A model generated the notes under the pieces. That model saw only the letters and a program-made list of their open reading frames with translations, searched no databases and was not told the DNA's origin. A stretch of 64,000 nucleotides of DNA from NCBI GenBank assembly GCA_028534125.1, contig CM052820.1, positions 15,004,001-15,068,000 of the forward strand, given 5' to 3'. Each line of letters starts with the position of its first letter. Position 1 is the stretch's first letter. A program made the translations under genes and the position numbers. This DNA comes from Lama glama. Its lineage: Eukaryota. Of this stretch, positions 33,858 to 46,169 are shown in pieces.

Positions 33858-36616
33858 CTGTGTACAGACAAAAACCTCAGTCAGCAAGCGGCAGGTTAGT
33901 GCAGCACACACACACGCACACGCACACGCACACACACAGGCACGCACAGGCACGCACGGGCACGCAGACCTGGCTAGGGCCCCTCTAAAATGGCCAGGGC
34001 GGCACTGCCACTTTCAGCTCCCCTGAGGTCAGCCCTGGGGTGGATGGGGAGGGACTGCAGCCAGCCAGAGACTAGATCTCCAGGGTTCCTGGGCAGCTAG
34101 AGGCCCTGGATAACCAAGCGAGAGGCATTCCCAGGAGTCAGGAGCACCCCAAAGCCTGGGGGATGTTGGGAGAAATCCCAAAAAGAGAGAAGCATTGAGA
34201 CGTGGGTTAATACAGAGAAGCAAGGCAGAGCCAGACCCTGAGGGGAAGGAGCAGGCCAGGGAATGGGGCTGCGTTGGGGGGCTGAGAGCTGAAGAATTCA
34301 GAGACGGAGGAAGTAGCAACCCCAGGAACTGGAGGCACAGGACAGGGGAACTGAGGCAGGTGGGGCCCTGGTAGGTGACCATGACTCTCAGGGTCTGGGC
34401 TCCAACAGGGGGCTGAGAGTATCCTCATAGCTGGCCTCTTCCAGGAAGGAAGGGGTGGTGGCTGAGTGCAGAGCTGAGGAGAGGTTCCTGACTCTGACCT
34501 GCCCATGAGAAGAGTGAGTGGAAGGTCAGGCAAATGGCCTGCCCTCAAGAGGAAAATCACTAGCCCCTGGGGACAGCCTGGCTAGGGCCTGTCATCCCCG
34601 CTGCCTGGAAGGTTGCCCCGACTCTGAGGGCCCGGCCCTCTCCACACTTCCCAGCTCTGTTTACCCTGGCACCCCTGGGGTCCCTGCGATGCTCCATGCT
34701 CAAGTCACTCCAAGGGCCCCTCCGGACGGGTCCAGCTATCAGACTCTCCCCACTGCCACCCCCAACCATAATACCTTCTGCACAGCAATGGGATGGGTAG
34801 AGGAGACAAGAGAAGAGCGGAAGTGGGTGTAAGTAAGGGTCCTGTCAAGGACAAGGTGACAAAAGCTCAGAAGAGTGTGGGGAGAGGACGGCCGGCGACG
34901 GGAAGCAGGGTCTCTGGCTGGCACTGAGGCAGGTGTGACTCAGCATAGGGAAAGCAGTACCAAATAGCAAGCCGAGCACTGAACAATATGCTGTGTGGCC
35001 TTGGGCAAATCGCCTCCCCTCTCTGGGCCTTAGTTTATTCAACTACAGCGTAAGCAGCTAAACCTGGGGACCTCAAAGGTCCCTTTGGTTCTGGCATCCT
35101 AGAACTAAGGTTGTGTGAAAGTTGGCAAGTGGGCAGGGATGAGGTTGGGGCCAGGATGCGGGGGAGTTCGTGGAGAGTGTGAGGTGCTCACCTCTGACCT
35201 CCAGGCGCGCCTCGCACTGCCGAGCGCCATACTCGTTAACTGCTTTGCAAGTGTAGAAGCCAGCGTCGCCCCGCTCAGCAGCCAGAATCCGAAGCCGGCA
35301 CAGCCCACCCTCTGCCTCCTCGGCGAAGCGCCGCTGGTCTGGGCGCACGGGCTGACGGTTTCTCAGCCTGTCAGAGAAGCAAGAACTCAGTCCCAGGCCC
35401 AGGGGCCTGACCTGCATGCACTGGGGAGTGGGGCTGCAGCGCCAATCAGGCCTTCCCTCTCCCCACATCGTCTGTCCACTTTCCAGATCTGTCCCGCTGA
35501 CCCTGGGCACCTGGGTTAGGGCTAAGTTTTCCCCCTGACTCTGTCATATCATCCCCTCCAGGAACTTCCAGACTACCTCTGCCCACCTGGGTCTCTCCTT
35601 TCTTGGAATTTAACCACACTTAGAGTAGCACCAAGCTATTCAGCTCTTACTAATTTTTAGATTCTGTGTCATGTTATTTATTTTAATGGACAGATAGCTC
35701 TCCCACTTCCCGAAAGAAATATGAAATAATTTACAATATCAAAAAGAATCAGTTAAAAGTGAAAAATAGAACCCAAACCAATAGAAAGCTAAGCAAACTG
35801 AATAATCGAAGTTCAGGCATTTGGAATGAAACACTACAGCTGAGGCCTGAGTTTAACTCTGGGCTCTGGCAGCTCAGAAACAAATTATGTGTGGGCCTAG
35901 CACAGGGCTGGGCAAAGAGCAGGCCTCAAAAATCACCCTATTGTCAACTGATGGTGGTGGGGACAGGGGGTAGGGGGCCAGGCTTCTCCAGGAGTAAGAT
36001 GACTCCTAGCCATTCATCCCAAGTGGACAGGCAGGAAACCATTAGTTCCCCAAACCCCTCCCTAGAGGGGAAGCCCTGAAACAGCCTGGACCTCAGGCAA
36101 GGGGCGGGGCATGTTGGGGGAAGCAGCACCACCATACCTAGGATGAGGCCCCCCGGGCAGATCACGGGTTGGTCCGCAAAGGGTCCACTGCCCTCCACCC
36201 AAAGCCAGGCTTCGCAAGGTGCAGCCTGGAGTGAGTGACACTGGCAGATGGTGGTCAGTGGCTGCTACTCACCAGGAGACCACCGGCTTGGGCTCGCCCT
36301 GCACACGGATGCTCATGGTGACATCTTGGCCTTCTCTTACTGACTGGTCCATAAGTGATACCTGAAGGGGGACCCCAAAGTGTCAGGGGAGACAGGGCCT
36401 AGCTTTGGCTCCTGTGGGCAGGGGGTTCTGGGAGAGGGGCCACTTCCACACCAGTCTGACTGAGACCCGGGATGGCCCCAAGAACAAGAGGCCACACAAA
36501 AGAATAGGGGCACCCAAGAGGCTAGGGGCTGGCCTCAGGGATCTGACCTTGAAGGTTGGGGGTGCCTTGGAGCCAGTGTCAGAGGAACGGCGGTTCTGGC
36601 CGGGACTGAGCTTCAT
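33850..36616 (-). CDS. SPEG: APEG-1 short isoform CDS: join 36616-36548, 36361-36273, 35367-35192, 33857-33850; 113 aa
   Basis: 69+89+176+8 = 342 nt ending LEVRGE*; matches the known 113-aa APEG-1. Confidence 0.88.
33903..33966. repeat. Compound (CA)/(CACG)/(GGCAC) repeat upstream of the APEG-1 terminal exon
   Basis: Directly visible. Confidence 0.85.
35192..35367 (-). CDS. SPEG: SPEG exon 9 (Ig domain with RGD motif)
   Basis: [12 protein letters not shown]...[11 protein letters not shown]...RLEVR, 176 nt. Confidence 0.96.
36273..36361 (-). CDS. SPEG: SPEG exon 8
   Basis: [29 protein letters not shown], 89 nt. Confidence 0.95.
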
Positions 36617-36723
36617 GGTGGGGGCTCGGGGCCAGGTCTCCCCGGGCTCCGGGAACTCCTCTGGGGGGCTCAGGTACTCCTCATCAGAGGTGATGGGGCT
36701 GCTGAAAGGGGATGTGGATCCAC
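36548..36723 (-). CDS. SPEG: SPEG exon 7; contains the APEG-1/SPEG-alpha start ATG at 36616
   Basis: [27 protein letters not shown]...[23 protein letters not shown], 176 nt. Confidence 0.95.
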
Positions 36724-37805
36724 CTGGAGGAGAAACAGAAGAGAGGCAGTGGCATAGAGAGAGATGCCAGGGGCAGAAGGGGGCAGAGAGACTGAGAGAG
36801 CTTGATCGATCAGCCCAGGATCAAGGTCCTGATAAGGTCTGAAATGTCACAGAGCCCACAAGCTGAGGCAGCCCCCCTCACCAGCCCTGCTCTGACTTCA
36901 CTTCCTGCTTGCTGTGTGACGTTCCCCAGGTGTTTCTTGTCCCTCAGCCCCTGAGTTCTGCTCTGCCAGACTCTCCCAACCCTGACTCTGCTGGTCCTCC
37001 TGAGTGGGGGAACTACAGGGAATGGCCCGGGGCAAAGGATTCAGGAAGCAGGGGAGCGGATCTGGGCCTTATAGGAGTGTTGGAATTCCACTGGAGCAGG
37101 GCACCCACATTCCTGGCATGGAAGTGTAGGCTCCTAATGCAGGTGGTTCATGTCTCTGGACCCCAGAGTGACACAACCAGGACACCCGTTTCTTGGGTGA
37201 GCCGGGCCTGGTGCAGAGGAACACACACACCTCAGACAAGCCCCATCCTGATCTCAGTGCCAGGGCCAGTGAGACGGCACTGTCCAACCAGCCCTTCCCC
37301 CACTCCCTTCTCAGCTTCCTGCGTCAGATACCCCAGGGGCACCTGTTGGCCTCAACCCTAGAGCATGGACCCCAAAACTCTCAGGGGCTGGGAAAGCAGA
37401 GTTACAGTCATCCACAGAGAAGGCGGCTCAGCCTGGGAACGGGAGGGGGCACCAGTCTTGCTTTGGGGGAGAGGTGTCCCCAGGGCCCTGATGCCCTCCC
37501 CTGCAACTGGCCAGGGGCCCAGCCTCACTGAGCTGGCTCCCATCCGACTGCCAAATACAGACATGAATCTGCCACAGCCCCCTGGCCCCTCCTCCTGGTC
37601 CCCCACCTCAAGCCCCTTTGGCCCTGCCTCCCCCATGGGGCTGCACCCCAACTCACCCCAAGACTCTGACCACGGACCCCAGGCTGCGCTTGTCGCGAAG
37701 TCTCTGTCCTGGCACCAGGCCCTCCTGCTGCCTGCCCACTGCCCACCCCCCACCCCTGCCCAGCTCCCCAGGGAGCAGGAGCCCAGCCTGCCCAGCCCCA
37801 CTCAC

Positions 37806-38030
37806 TCTGCTGACCCTGCCCAGGCTCTGCACGCGGTCCTGGGGGAGGGGAAGGAGCCTGAGGAGGGGGAAGGAGGAGGTGGGGACTGGCCAGACCGGGA
37901 CAGGCTGGGTGGCAGGCAGGCAGCTGGCTGGGAAGGTGGTGCCTGCTGAGACCACAAGCAGCCCAGGCCCTGGAGTGGAGGGGGAGGAGCAGGGAGGGGC
38001 CGAGCGCAGCGGCTGTATTTAGCCACCCTG
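37806..38030 (-). promoter_or_regulatory. Internal promoter and non-coding first exon, probably that of APEG-1/SPEG-alpha
   Basis: TATA-like GCTAAATAC near 38014-38022, E-box CAGCTG at 37921-37926, donor A|gtgagt at 37805; an exon-1 E-box is reported to drive APEG-1 expression; TSS not determinable. Confidence 0.6.
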
Positions 38031-40019
38031 CTCATTCCCAAGCAGCGGGATCTGCCTTTTCTCTCCTTACAACTTCTGGACCCTGACAAATGCAAAGCCC
38101 CCTCAGCGGCGCCTCGACTCAAAGGGTGGGGGCCTCAGTCTCCAGAGGAAGATGGAGGGCGCAGTGCCCTGCAGCAGCCAAGACGCTTGCACTGACCCAT
38201 TTGTTTTGACGTGTCCACCAGAGGAAGTACTGATGGCAAATGGCCCCTAGGATGCCCCTTTTCCTGACCAAACTGCCAAGATTCCTGACACTGGAATCCA
38301 CCAACAAGCCTCAAACACTACAGAGCCAGGGCATACCCAGTCTTCCTTGGTGCTGAGAATCAGAGAGCTATCAGGATCTTCAGTCTTCTTCCCAGAGGTG
38401 CCCCTCTAAACTTCAGGGGCCCAGAATCCCACCTCTGCCTCCCCAAACCTGCCATGGTAGGTTTGCCCCAAGTCACCCTGGGGTACTGGGCCTGCACCCA
38501 ACCCTCCTCCTACAGGCTCTCCCAGGGCACCTGTTGGCAACGATCCCTCAGCCTGTCAGCCCCACCAGGGCCAACGGTCAGGAAGACGGAGGCTGCTTCC
38601 CGCAGTGATCCCTCACAACTAGCACCCATCTGGACTAGTGTGGGGAAGGGGCTTGGAGACAGAGCAGCAGAGTAGGGGAGCCACTGAGGAGAGGTCACAT
38701 GGCTTCCTCCCGCCTCCCATCACCCCTGCTCAGGGCCACATTCCCAAGCTATGACCTGTGTTTCCCAGCATTGCCAGTGAAGAAGGAGGGGGGCCCACCA
38801 TTCAGGTTGGCTGTCCTGAGGTGGGGGTGGAGAGAAAAGTCAGGACGGTACCTGGCGAGAAACTGCTCGGGGTTCAGTCACTAGCTAATGCTGAGATCAC
38901 AAGCATGGCCCCTGGAGGCAGGCGCCCCCTTCCCTCCATGGAGTCTAGTGACCCTCTGGGGTCACCTCCAGGTTGGACAGCACTGAGGCAGCTCAAGGGC
39001 CCAGGCAGGGACTGCAGAGATTTAATGGGCTGGGTTTGCAGGGAGCCTGAGACCCCTGGTGGTGGCTAGGGAAATAGCATGCTGGGGGCACGCAGTGACC
39101 AAGTGATTCTGAGGGCCCTCAAGTCCCTTAGAAAGGGGGGATGTTGGAGCAACCTAGGCAGGACACTTAGGCTCCAGAGGGGACAGAACGAGGCCTCTTC
39201 AAGACAATGCAGTGGCCCCCCACCCCTCTGTACCTCCAGAATGCATGGCCAAGGAGGGTACTCTAGGATCTCTGTTATCAGCTCCCAGAGCCTCTGGGGC
39301 TCCACACCAGGCTCGGGTGACACCTAACTTTTCACTGGCCCCACTGCCAAAACCATCTTTGTAGTCAGTCCCTATACCCCAGCCCTGCTCTACCCACACA
39401 CCTGGCTCTCACTGTAAGAAACACAGTTACACCAGGCAGGGAGAGGGCAGCCAAATCTAGGATGCACATATGGAAGTATTGCCCCTACACTCTGTGCCTT
39501 TGTCTGGCCTTTCAACACTGCTTCTAGGTCAGACTCATTCAATGAAAAGAATGGCATGGGGGAGTTCATAAGTCAGGAAGCCCTCACCCTTCAGACCAGT
39601 GTGTTCCCCTGAGCTGTTTCCAGGATAGATACAGTCACAGCCACCTACATGAAAGGCGTCACACAGGGCCCTCTATATCAGGGCTTCTCAGAGTGATCCT
39701 TGAACCACTCACATCAGGGAACTATTTAAACTATAAATTCCTGGGCCTTACTCTGACCTGAAAAATTAGATTTCCTGAAACAGGGGTTGGGAAACTGCAT
39801 TAAAAAAAAAAAAAGCCCCTCAGGTAATTCTTATGTACACGAAAGTCTACAGACCGCCATGACCCTCGCGGGAGAAGGACAACCCAAAGAGGTGGTACAC
39901 TAAGTCCCATCTCACTCAGCCACTAAATCTCAAGGCCAGGCTCTGAGCCTTGGAGGTCTGGCCCACGTGCTTCCCACTGCACCACCTGGCCTTCCACCAG
40001 GTGCAAGGTCCCTGACTCA

Positions 40020-40210
40020 AGGCAGTGGTGCTCAGAGTCCACCTTGCATGAGAATCACATGAAGGGCTCCTTAAACCACAGCTTACTGGGCCCCACCCAC
40101 AGTTTCTGATCCAGTAGGTCTGGCTGGGGTCAATAATACACATCTTTAACACATTTCTAAGGTGACGCTGGCACTCCTGGTCTGGAGAACACACTTGGAG
40201 GACCACTACT
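40020..40210. mobile_element. MER5A-like hAT MITE
   Basis: CAGTGGT...ACCACT terminal inverted repeats, internal GAATCAC/GGGCCCCACCC motifs. Confidence 0.7.
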
Positions 40211-42129
40211 CTGTAGCCTCCTCTGCCACCCCAACCTCCACTCTCAGGCAAATCCTCATCACCTTTTGCAGATGCAGGTACCACCCAGCCTCTGCAAGTG
40301 CCTCAGGTTGTTTCAGGGGCTTGGAAATTCACAGGAATCTCTACCCACAACTGCCACCTTGCACATAGCCCCTGTGGTCCACACAGCCCCTGACTGTCCA
40401 GGAGGGCCTCCAGGTATGGCTGGGAGGGCTGAGAGTAGTGAAGGCATGGTGCTGTCCTCAGGAACCTTCTGGCTGGTTGGAGCATCAAGCCAGATACACG
40501 ATTATAACAGCAAGCAGGAATAAGGTGGCAAGGGAGGGGCAGATAAAAGTCACCGGAGCAGAGAGAGCAGGATGTTGCTTTTGGCTCAGGGAAGAAGGGA
40601 GAACTGAGGGCAGGGATATTAGAATTAAGAGTTTGGTTTAAGCAGGAAAAAGCATTCCTGGCAGAGGAAACCGCTTGAGCAAATGCTCTAAGGCAGAAAG
40701 CGTGTGCAGAGAACTGCAGCTTAACCGTCTGTCTGGGTAGAACTGGGTAAAGAAGGATTAGAGCAGGTCAACCCTTGGGTCATCTGCAGGTCCAGATGGT
40801 GGAGACCAGCTTCAGGAGCGCGGCCTTCACTCCAAAGGCAAAGTGGCGCTCCTGGAGGTTTCTGAGGAAGGAGGAACATGCTGGAGGTTAACAGCACAGC
40901 TACACGGCTGGGCCAGTCACAGCCCTCTTCCCACATGCACTGTCTCAGAAGGTCCTCTAAAGAGATTTCTTTACTCATTTGCTGTGTAGTCCCGCCACAG
41001 AAGTAAGGGAAAAGAGGGCATAGGCTGGCCTATAGCTGGGAATTCCCGCAGGTGCAGTTATGAGTATCTCCCTTTGGAAACGGAGCAGGATTGTGTTGAG
41101 AAAGTTTCCGTCTTGGTTTAAAATGGACATAGAAGCAGAAGGACTTTCACACAGTCGGCCTGGCCTAGCCATGGAAGTGTTATTTGGGGTTGCTCCATGT
41201 TTAGGTAAATTGGGACCTACAGTAGATTAGGTCCCCATTCTTCTGACAGCTGTGCATGACGACCCCCATTCTGAGGTAGCAGCCTGGGGAGGGCACCCAT
41301 CGGGGCTGACCTGCTTCTGGTAGACAGGAAGGGGGAGGGAGGGCTGAGTTACCTCAAGGGACCGTGCTGCTTTCTTAGATGCTGTCCAAACCCCAATCAA
41401 AGATGGACAACAGGGACGTGTGGCATTCCGAGATCCTTTCCATGGGCAGTCACTGCCTTCCCAAGGGAAAACCTGTAATTCTGCAGCAGTCAGCCAAGAC
41501 CAGGGCGAGGAGAAGTGGGGGATGCTGATGCTGTAATTTTTTTCCCTCCATTCCTTTTATATTCATGACCTTCAATAAACCACCTCTCTTCTGTTATGAT
41601 GGTGTTGGTCCTATGGGTGGGCTTTGATAAGCTATATCCTCCGGCCCAAATGTCCTTAGCTAAATCACCAGCCGCATAGAGCCTCACAAATCTTACTAAG
41701 GAAGTAGCCTAGGAGTTACAACAATCCTTGCTTTGTAGATGAGGATGCAGCAGCCAGCTAAGGGGAAGTACAAAGGCCAAGGTCTTGGCTGGAAAATGCT
41801 AGAACCCTGGGCTCAAATATATGAGACCTGCGCTTGAGGGGAGGACTGAAGGCAGCAGGACGGAGGCCCGGGTACGTGAAGCCCCCATCCCCCTTCCTCC
41901 TGACCAGAGCCTGTGGGGGTGAGCTGAGTGTGCACGCACCAGGCACGCAGGGAAACAAAGCAGGACCACAGCCATGGTGGGGGTGGGGTGTCAAGAGAGG
42001 AAGGAGAGAAAATGCCCAGACTGACCTACCCACAGAGGGCATCGCCAGTCTGCCCCCACCTCCCCACGCTGGGAGTTCATGAGCACAATTCCACCCTAAC
42101 CCTGATCCTCTTCAGAGCAGAAGGAAAGG

Positions 42130-42590
42130 GGTCAGGACAGTGCAGTGGTTAGAACTATAGGCTTGGGAGACCCAGGGACAGGGCTTCAAATCATGAAGTC
42201 TCCCAGTGGCCTCTGCTCCTAGAGCTGAGCACCCAACAGGGTAGCCACTAGCTGCCTGAGACTATTTCAATGCACGTTAACTAAAATGAAATAAAATGAA
42301 AAATTCAGCCACTCAGTCATACTAGCTGCATTTCACATGCATCTGTAGCCAGTGGTTACCCTGTTAGACAGTGTATAAGAATTCTATCATCACAGAACGT
42401 TCTACTGATCAGTGATGCTCTAGAGCAATTTGCCAAAGCTTTCCAAGTCTCGGTTTCCTCATCTGTAACGTGGGCATGATAATAGAAGCTACCTCCCTGG
42501 GGGCGGGGGTTCAATGTGATAACACAAACAATACAGGGCCTGGTACACACAAAGCCTGCAGTAAATGCTAACTAGTCATGTTATTTTTAC
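42130..42590 (+). mobile_element. MIR interrupted by a MER3/MER33-like DNA element (about 42215-42425)
   Basis: MIR 5' part, CTAGAGC-bounded insert with GTAGCCACTAG motif, then MIR core GTTTCCTCATCTGTAA. Confidence 0.55.
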
Positions 42591-45511
42591 CTGCCATCAG
42601 AACTAAGTTTATTTGCTTCATGGGTGAGTATTTCCATCATCTGAAATCACCTGTTGCTTCTAACATTCTTAGGTAGATTATGGATGCTCACTAAAGGCTG
42701 CTGGCCTTGTGTGAGCTCTGTCACTCTACTTGCCGCATATTCATCTTTCCATCTGTAAAATGGAAATACTACTACCTGAGATGTTCCTCTGCAAGGAGTG
42801 TATATGGTGCGATGTAGCTCAAGTAAGGGAAGAGATGTGAAAGGGTTTGGGAAAAAAAGTTATCTGGCACTCTCCAAACACAAGAAACTGTTTAGAGAGA
42901 TGTAGCACTTGGCAACCAGGTGCTACTCAAATGCTTGTGTGATGGATGTGGGCAGCATCAAGAATGCTTAACTTCGGTTAAGCACACTTCTCACACTCCC
43001 CAGCCACCTGCCCCAAAACATACACACCTTCCGGGAGTGTAACTGTGGTCTCTGGAGTCATTCAGTGGAGTAGGGTGGAATGGGAGGGACCCAGAGCTGG
43101 GGTGGGGCTGCCAGGGGGAGTGAGGACAGACCCTGCTCTGCCAAACCTGGGAAACTACATCCCTAGTTGCCCCAGGGTTCCCAACCAGAAATTGAGATCT
43201 GTGGGCTCTCAAAAGCATGCTCTGTTGGCAGGGCATCCCAAAAGGGCATGGGGCAGCCAGCCCTGGTTACCAAGGGGGTCATGAGGAGCGAAAAAGGCGG
43301 GTGGTTCCACGAGGCCTCTTCCCACAAGACGCTACACACTCCCTCCCTCAACCCGCTCCCCCTCTACTCACACCACACTGCCAGACACCCTTCTGTTGCC
43401 CCACCCACTCACTCCCTACAGACTCCAGCCCTGGGACCCCTCCCTTGCCAAATGTCTGTACCACCCACTGGTTCTGTCCACTCCTACTGCTCTCTGGGTC
43501 CATTGGCCCCTGTCCAGCTGCTCTGGACCAAACAGTGCCTTCTAGGGTAAGAAAATCTGCTTCCTCCATGCCGGCTGAGTCTAGACTCACGTGCCTGCTC
43601 CTCAAGCCCTGGGGCCCTCCAGCCAGCTTGACTTACAGGAGCTGTCCTCTGGCTGCAATGCCTGCTGAAACTGACTCATGGGATGAAGCTTTCTGGCTCC
43701 CCAGGGTGGAGGAGGCACAGAGATGATGTGATGGGCTGAGGACCCAGGGGCTGGGAAATATGGAGGGGCTGAGGGCCTGGCAAGGGCAGGGGAGGAGTTC
43801 CCAAGGCACAGACAGTCTGAAGAAAGGGTAGAAAAGGAAAAGGCAGCTTCCCTGGAGCCCCGTGGAAGCCTACACTCCTGTGCACAACATCACCCCTTAA
43901 TAACGCTAACAACTAACATTTGTCTACAGCTTTACAGTTCATAAAGCTCGTTCACACATTTGCTTTCATCGTGAGGATGGTATAATTATCTCTGGTTTAC
44001 AAATGAGGAAACTGAAGTGCAGGGAGGTTCAGCATGGTGAACATAGAACTCCCAGTCAAATGCTGACAACTGCCTTGCCCCAAGCCTCCTTCCCAACCTT
44101 AAAAGGCTCCCAAATTGGCCCTGAGCCAGTACTGGGGCAATCCCCTCCCCGGCAACTCCCCTGCGAAATCTTAGACCAAGCCAGGTATTGACTCAAGTCC
44201 TGGGGTCAGATCTGGGCCCCCTAAGGGGAGCTGGGAGCTGAGTCAGAAGCCAGATCCCAGAGGTGATGGAAGGACGGAAGCATGCAGTGGAGGGACGGGT
44301 ATGATTCAGTATGGCGGGAGGGGCAAAGAGAAGGAGAAACCCTAATACCCGGGCTCCTGGGAGGGATACGTAAGCTAAAGAAGATGACGACTTGTAGGTC
44401 TGCAAAGTCAGACAAGTGCAACTGAAAGGATCTAATGCAGGATGGGAACTCAGGTCAGATACCACCAAGAACTCCCTAATCATGAAGGTACCGAGGCCCC
44501 AGGACCACAGCAAAAAGAGCTCTGTTATCTTGTCTCCTGCAGCACTGAGTGAAAGAAAGGGACAGAACACTGTGTGCTGTTCCCCTCCAGGCATGCCCAG
44601 CCCCTCCCTCTGCCGGTCTAATTCCCAGGCTCCTTTGGGGCTCTGAGGGCTCTCAGTCCAGCATCCCACAACACTGGCTGATCACTTGGCTGTTCTAGGC
44701 ACCAGGTTCATCTGCCTTGCATCCAACCCAGGTCGTTTGATCTAGGCTGCTTACCCAATGGTGATATCCTTGAGGTTTGAGTCTGCGACTTTGCCTTCTG
44801 TTAACACCCCCTTACCCAGCCTCACCTCCCCATACCACCATTGGCTCAGCATCTGTACTTTGTCCAGCCCAGCAACCTGAATGACTTAAACTGGCCATGG
44901 ACACTGACACCAGCCCAGTCCAGCCCTGAATCAGAAAGAAACTGGGCTTAAACCCAAAGAGAGTAGTATGACACCAAGAGAGGATTTTCATAAAAATAGA
45001 AAACAAGGCAGCCTTGGCCACTGCCATCTCCTGAGAGGTGCTCTCAGCTGCACCTTCTTTAGGGCTCTGGGTACAGCAGAAGGAGCAAGGAAGCAGAGGA
45101 GAGTTGTGGCCCTTTAAATCATCTTTTTACTGGGTTTAAGAGGGTGCTGTTCTAGAGAAGAAATGACCTCAGAAGACTCCTAAAGGCTTTTAAGCCCTTT
45201 GAGCTGGGAGATTCTTCTTCTCTAAGACTGCAGGATAATTTGTTTTCCCCACAGGATCCTGTTGAGGGAAATGCCACAGAAGGATGGATATCTAAAGAGA
45301 AATTTCAATGACTTCATGAGTTGGCCAGCCTCATGTGTCCCTTGGGAATTTGGCCCCTGCCCTGAGGCCAGGGACATTTAAAATGCTTCGCCCAGAGCAG
45401 CCAACACACCAGAACACACTGTGCACACTGGTTGAGAGCCCAAGCTCCAGGCTGGGAGCGGGAAGGGTCGCTGCTCACCTCACCCAGCCCTGGGGCCCAC
45501 GGGGTCCCTAC

Positions 45512-45694
45512 CGGGTTTCACAGCCAGCGTGGCAGCACAGCTGGCCTGGCCCAGCTCGTTGGTGGCAGTAGCTGTATAGCTCCCGGCGTCAGCCGCCCGG
45601 GCCTCCCGGAGCAGCAGGGTGTGACGCTCGCCTTCAGCCCGGATAAGAAGGCGGCCATCACTGCGCAACGAGGACCCATCCTTCTGCCAGGACA
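45512..45694 (-). CDS. SPEG: SPEG exon 6 (Ig)
   Basis: VSWQKDG...[13 protein letters not shown], 183 nt. Confidence 0.95.
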
Positions 45695-46025
45695 CTGTGG
45701 GGAAGCAGCGGGGTGACCAGGTTGCCATGGCCCACAGGGCTCACTGGGGCAAATCTCCCCCTACCTGGCACAGAGCTTGTAGCACTCCTCTCCCCACCCT
45801 AGGGAATCCCGAGGACTCCCCCTCAATCACAAAAGCCCAGTCTGCCCTCTCCTCTCGCAAGGAATTCTGGGAAAGCTCCCTAACACACACAAAGGAGTCC
45901 AGACAGCCTCTGGAAGCAAATGATCTCCCTTCTTTCCCTACCCTCTCCTCCAAGGACTGGGGTGGGGGCAGGGAGGGAGGAACCTCCCCCTCTCTGTCTC
46001 AATCTTCTCCAGGCCTGGAGCTTAC

Positions 46026-46169
46026 CTTGGGGTGGGGGGTTGGCAGTGATGATACACTTGAGCAGCACGTCCACCCCTGGGGCCACCACCGCATTCTGCA
46101 GGGGGATCTCAAACACGGGGGCCTCTAGGGGCTCTTCTCCAGCAGACACATAGGAGTCATCCGAAGACT
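46026..46169 (-). CDS. SPEG: SPEG exon 5
   Basis: [24 protein letters not shown]...ANPPPQ, 144 nt, AG/GT. Confidence 0.95.
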
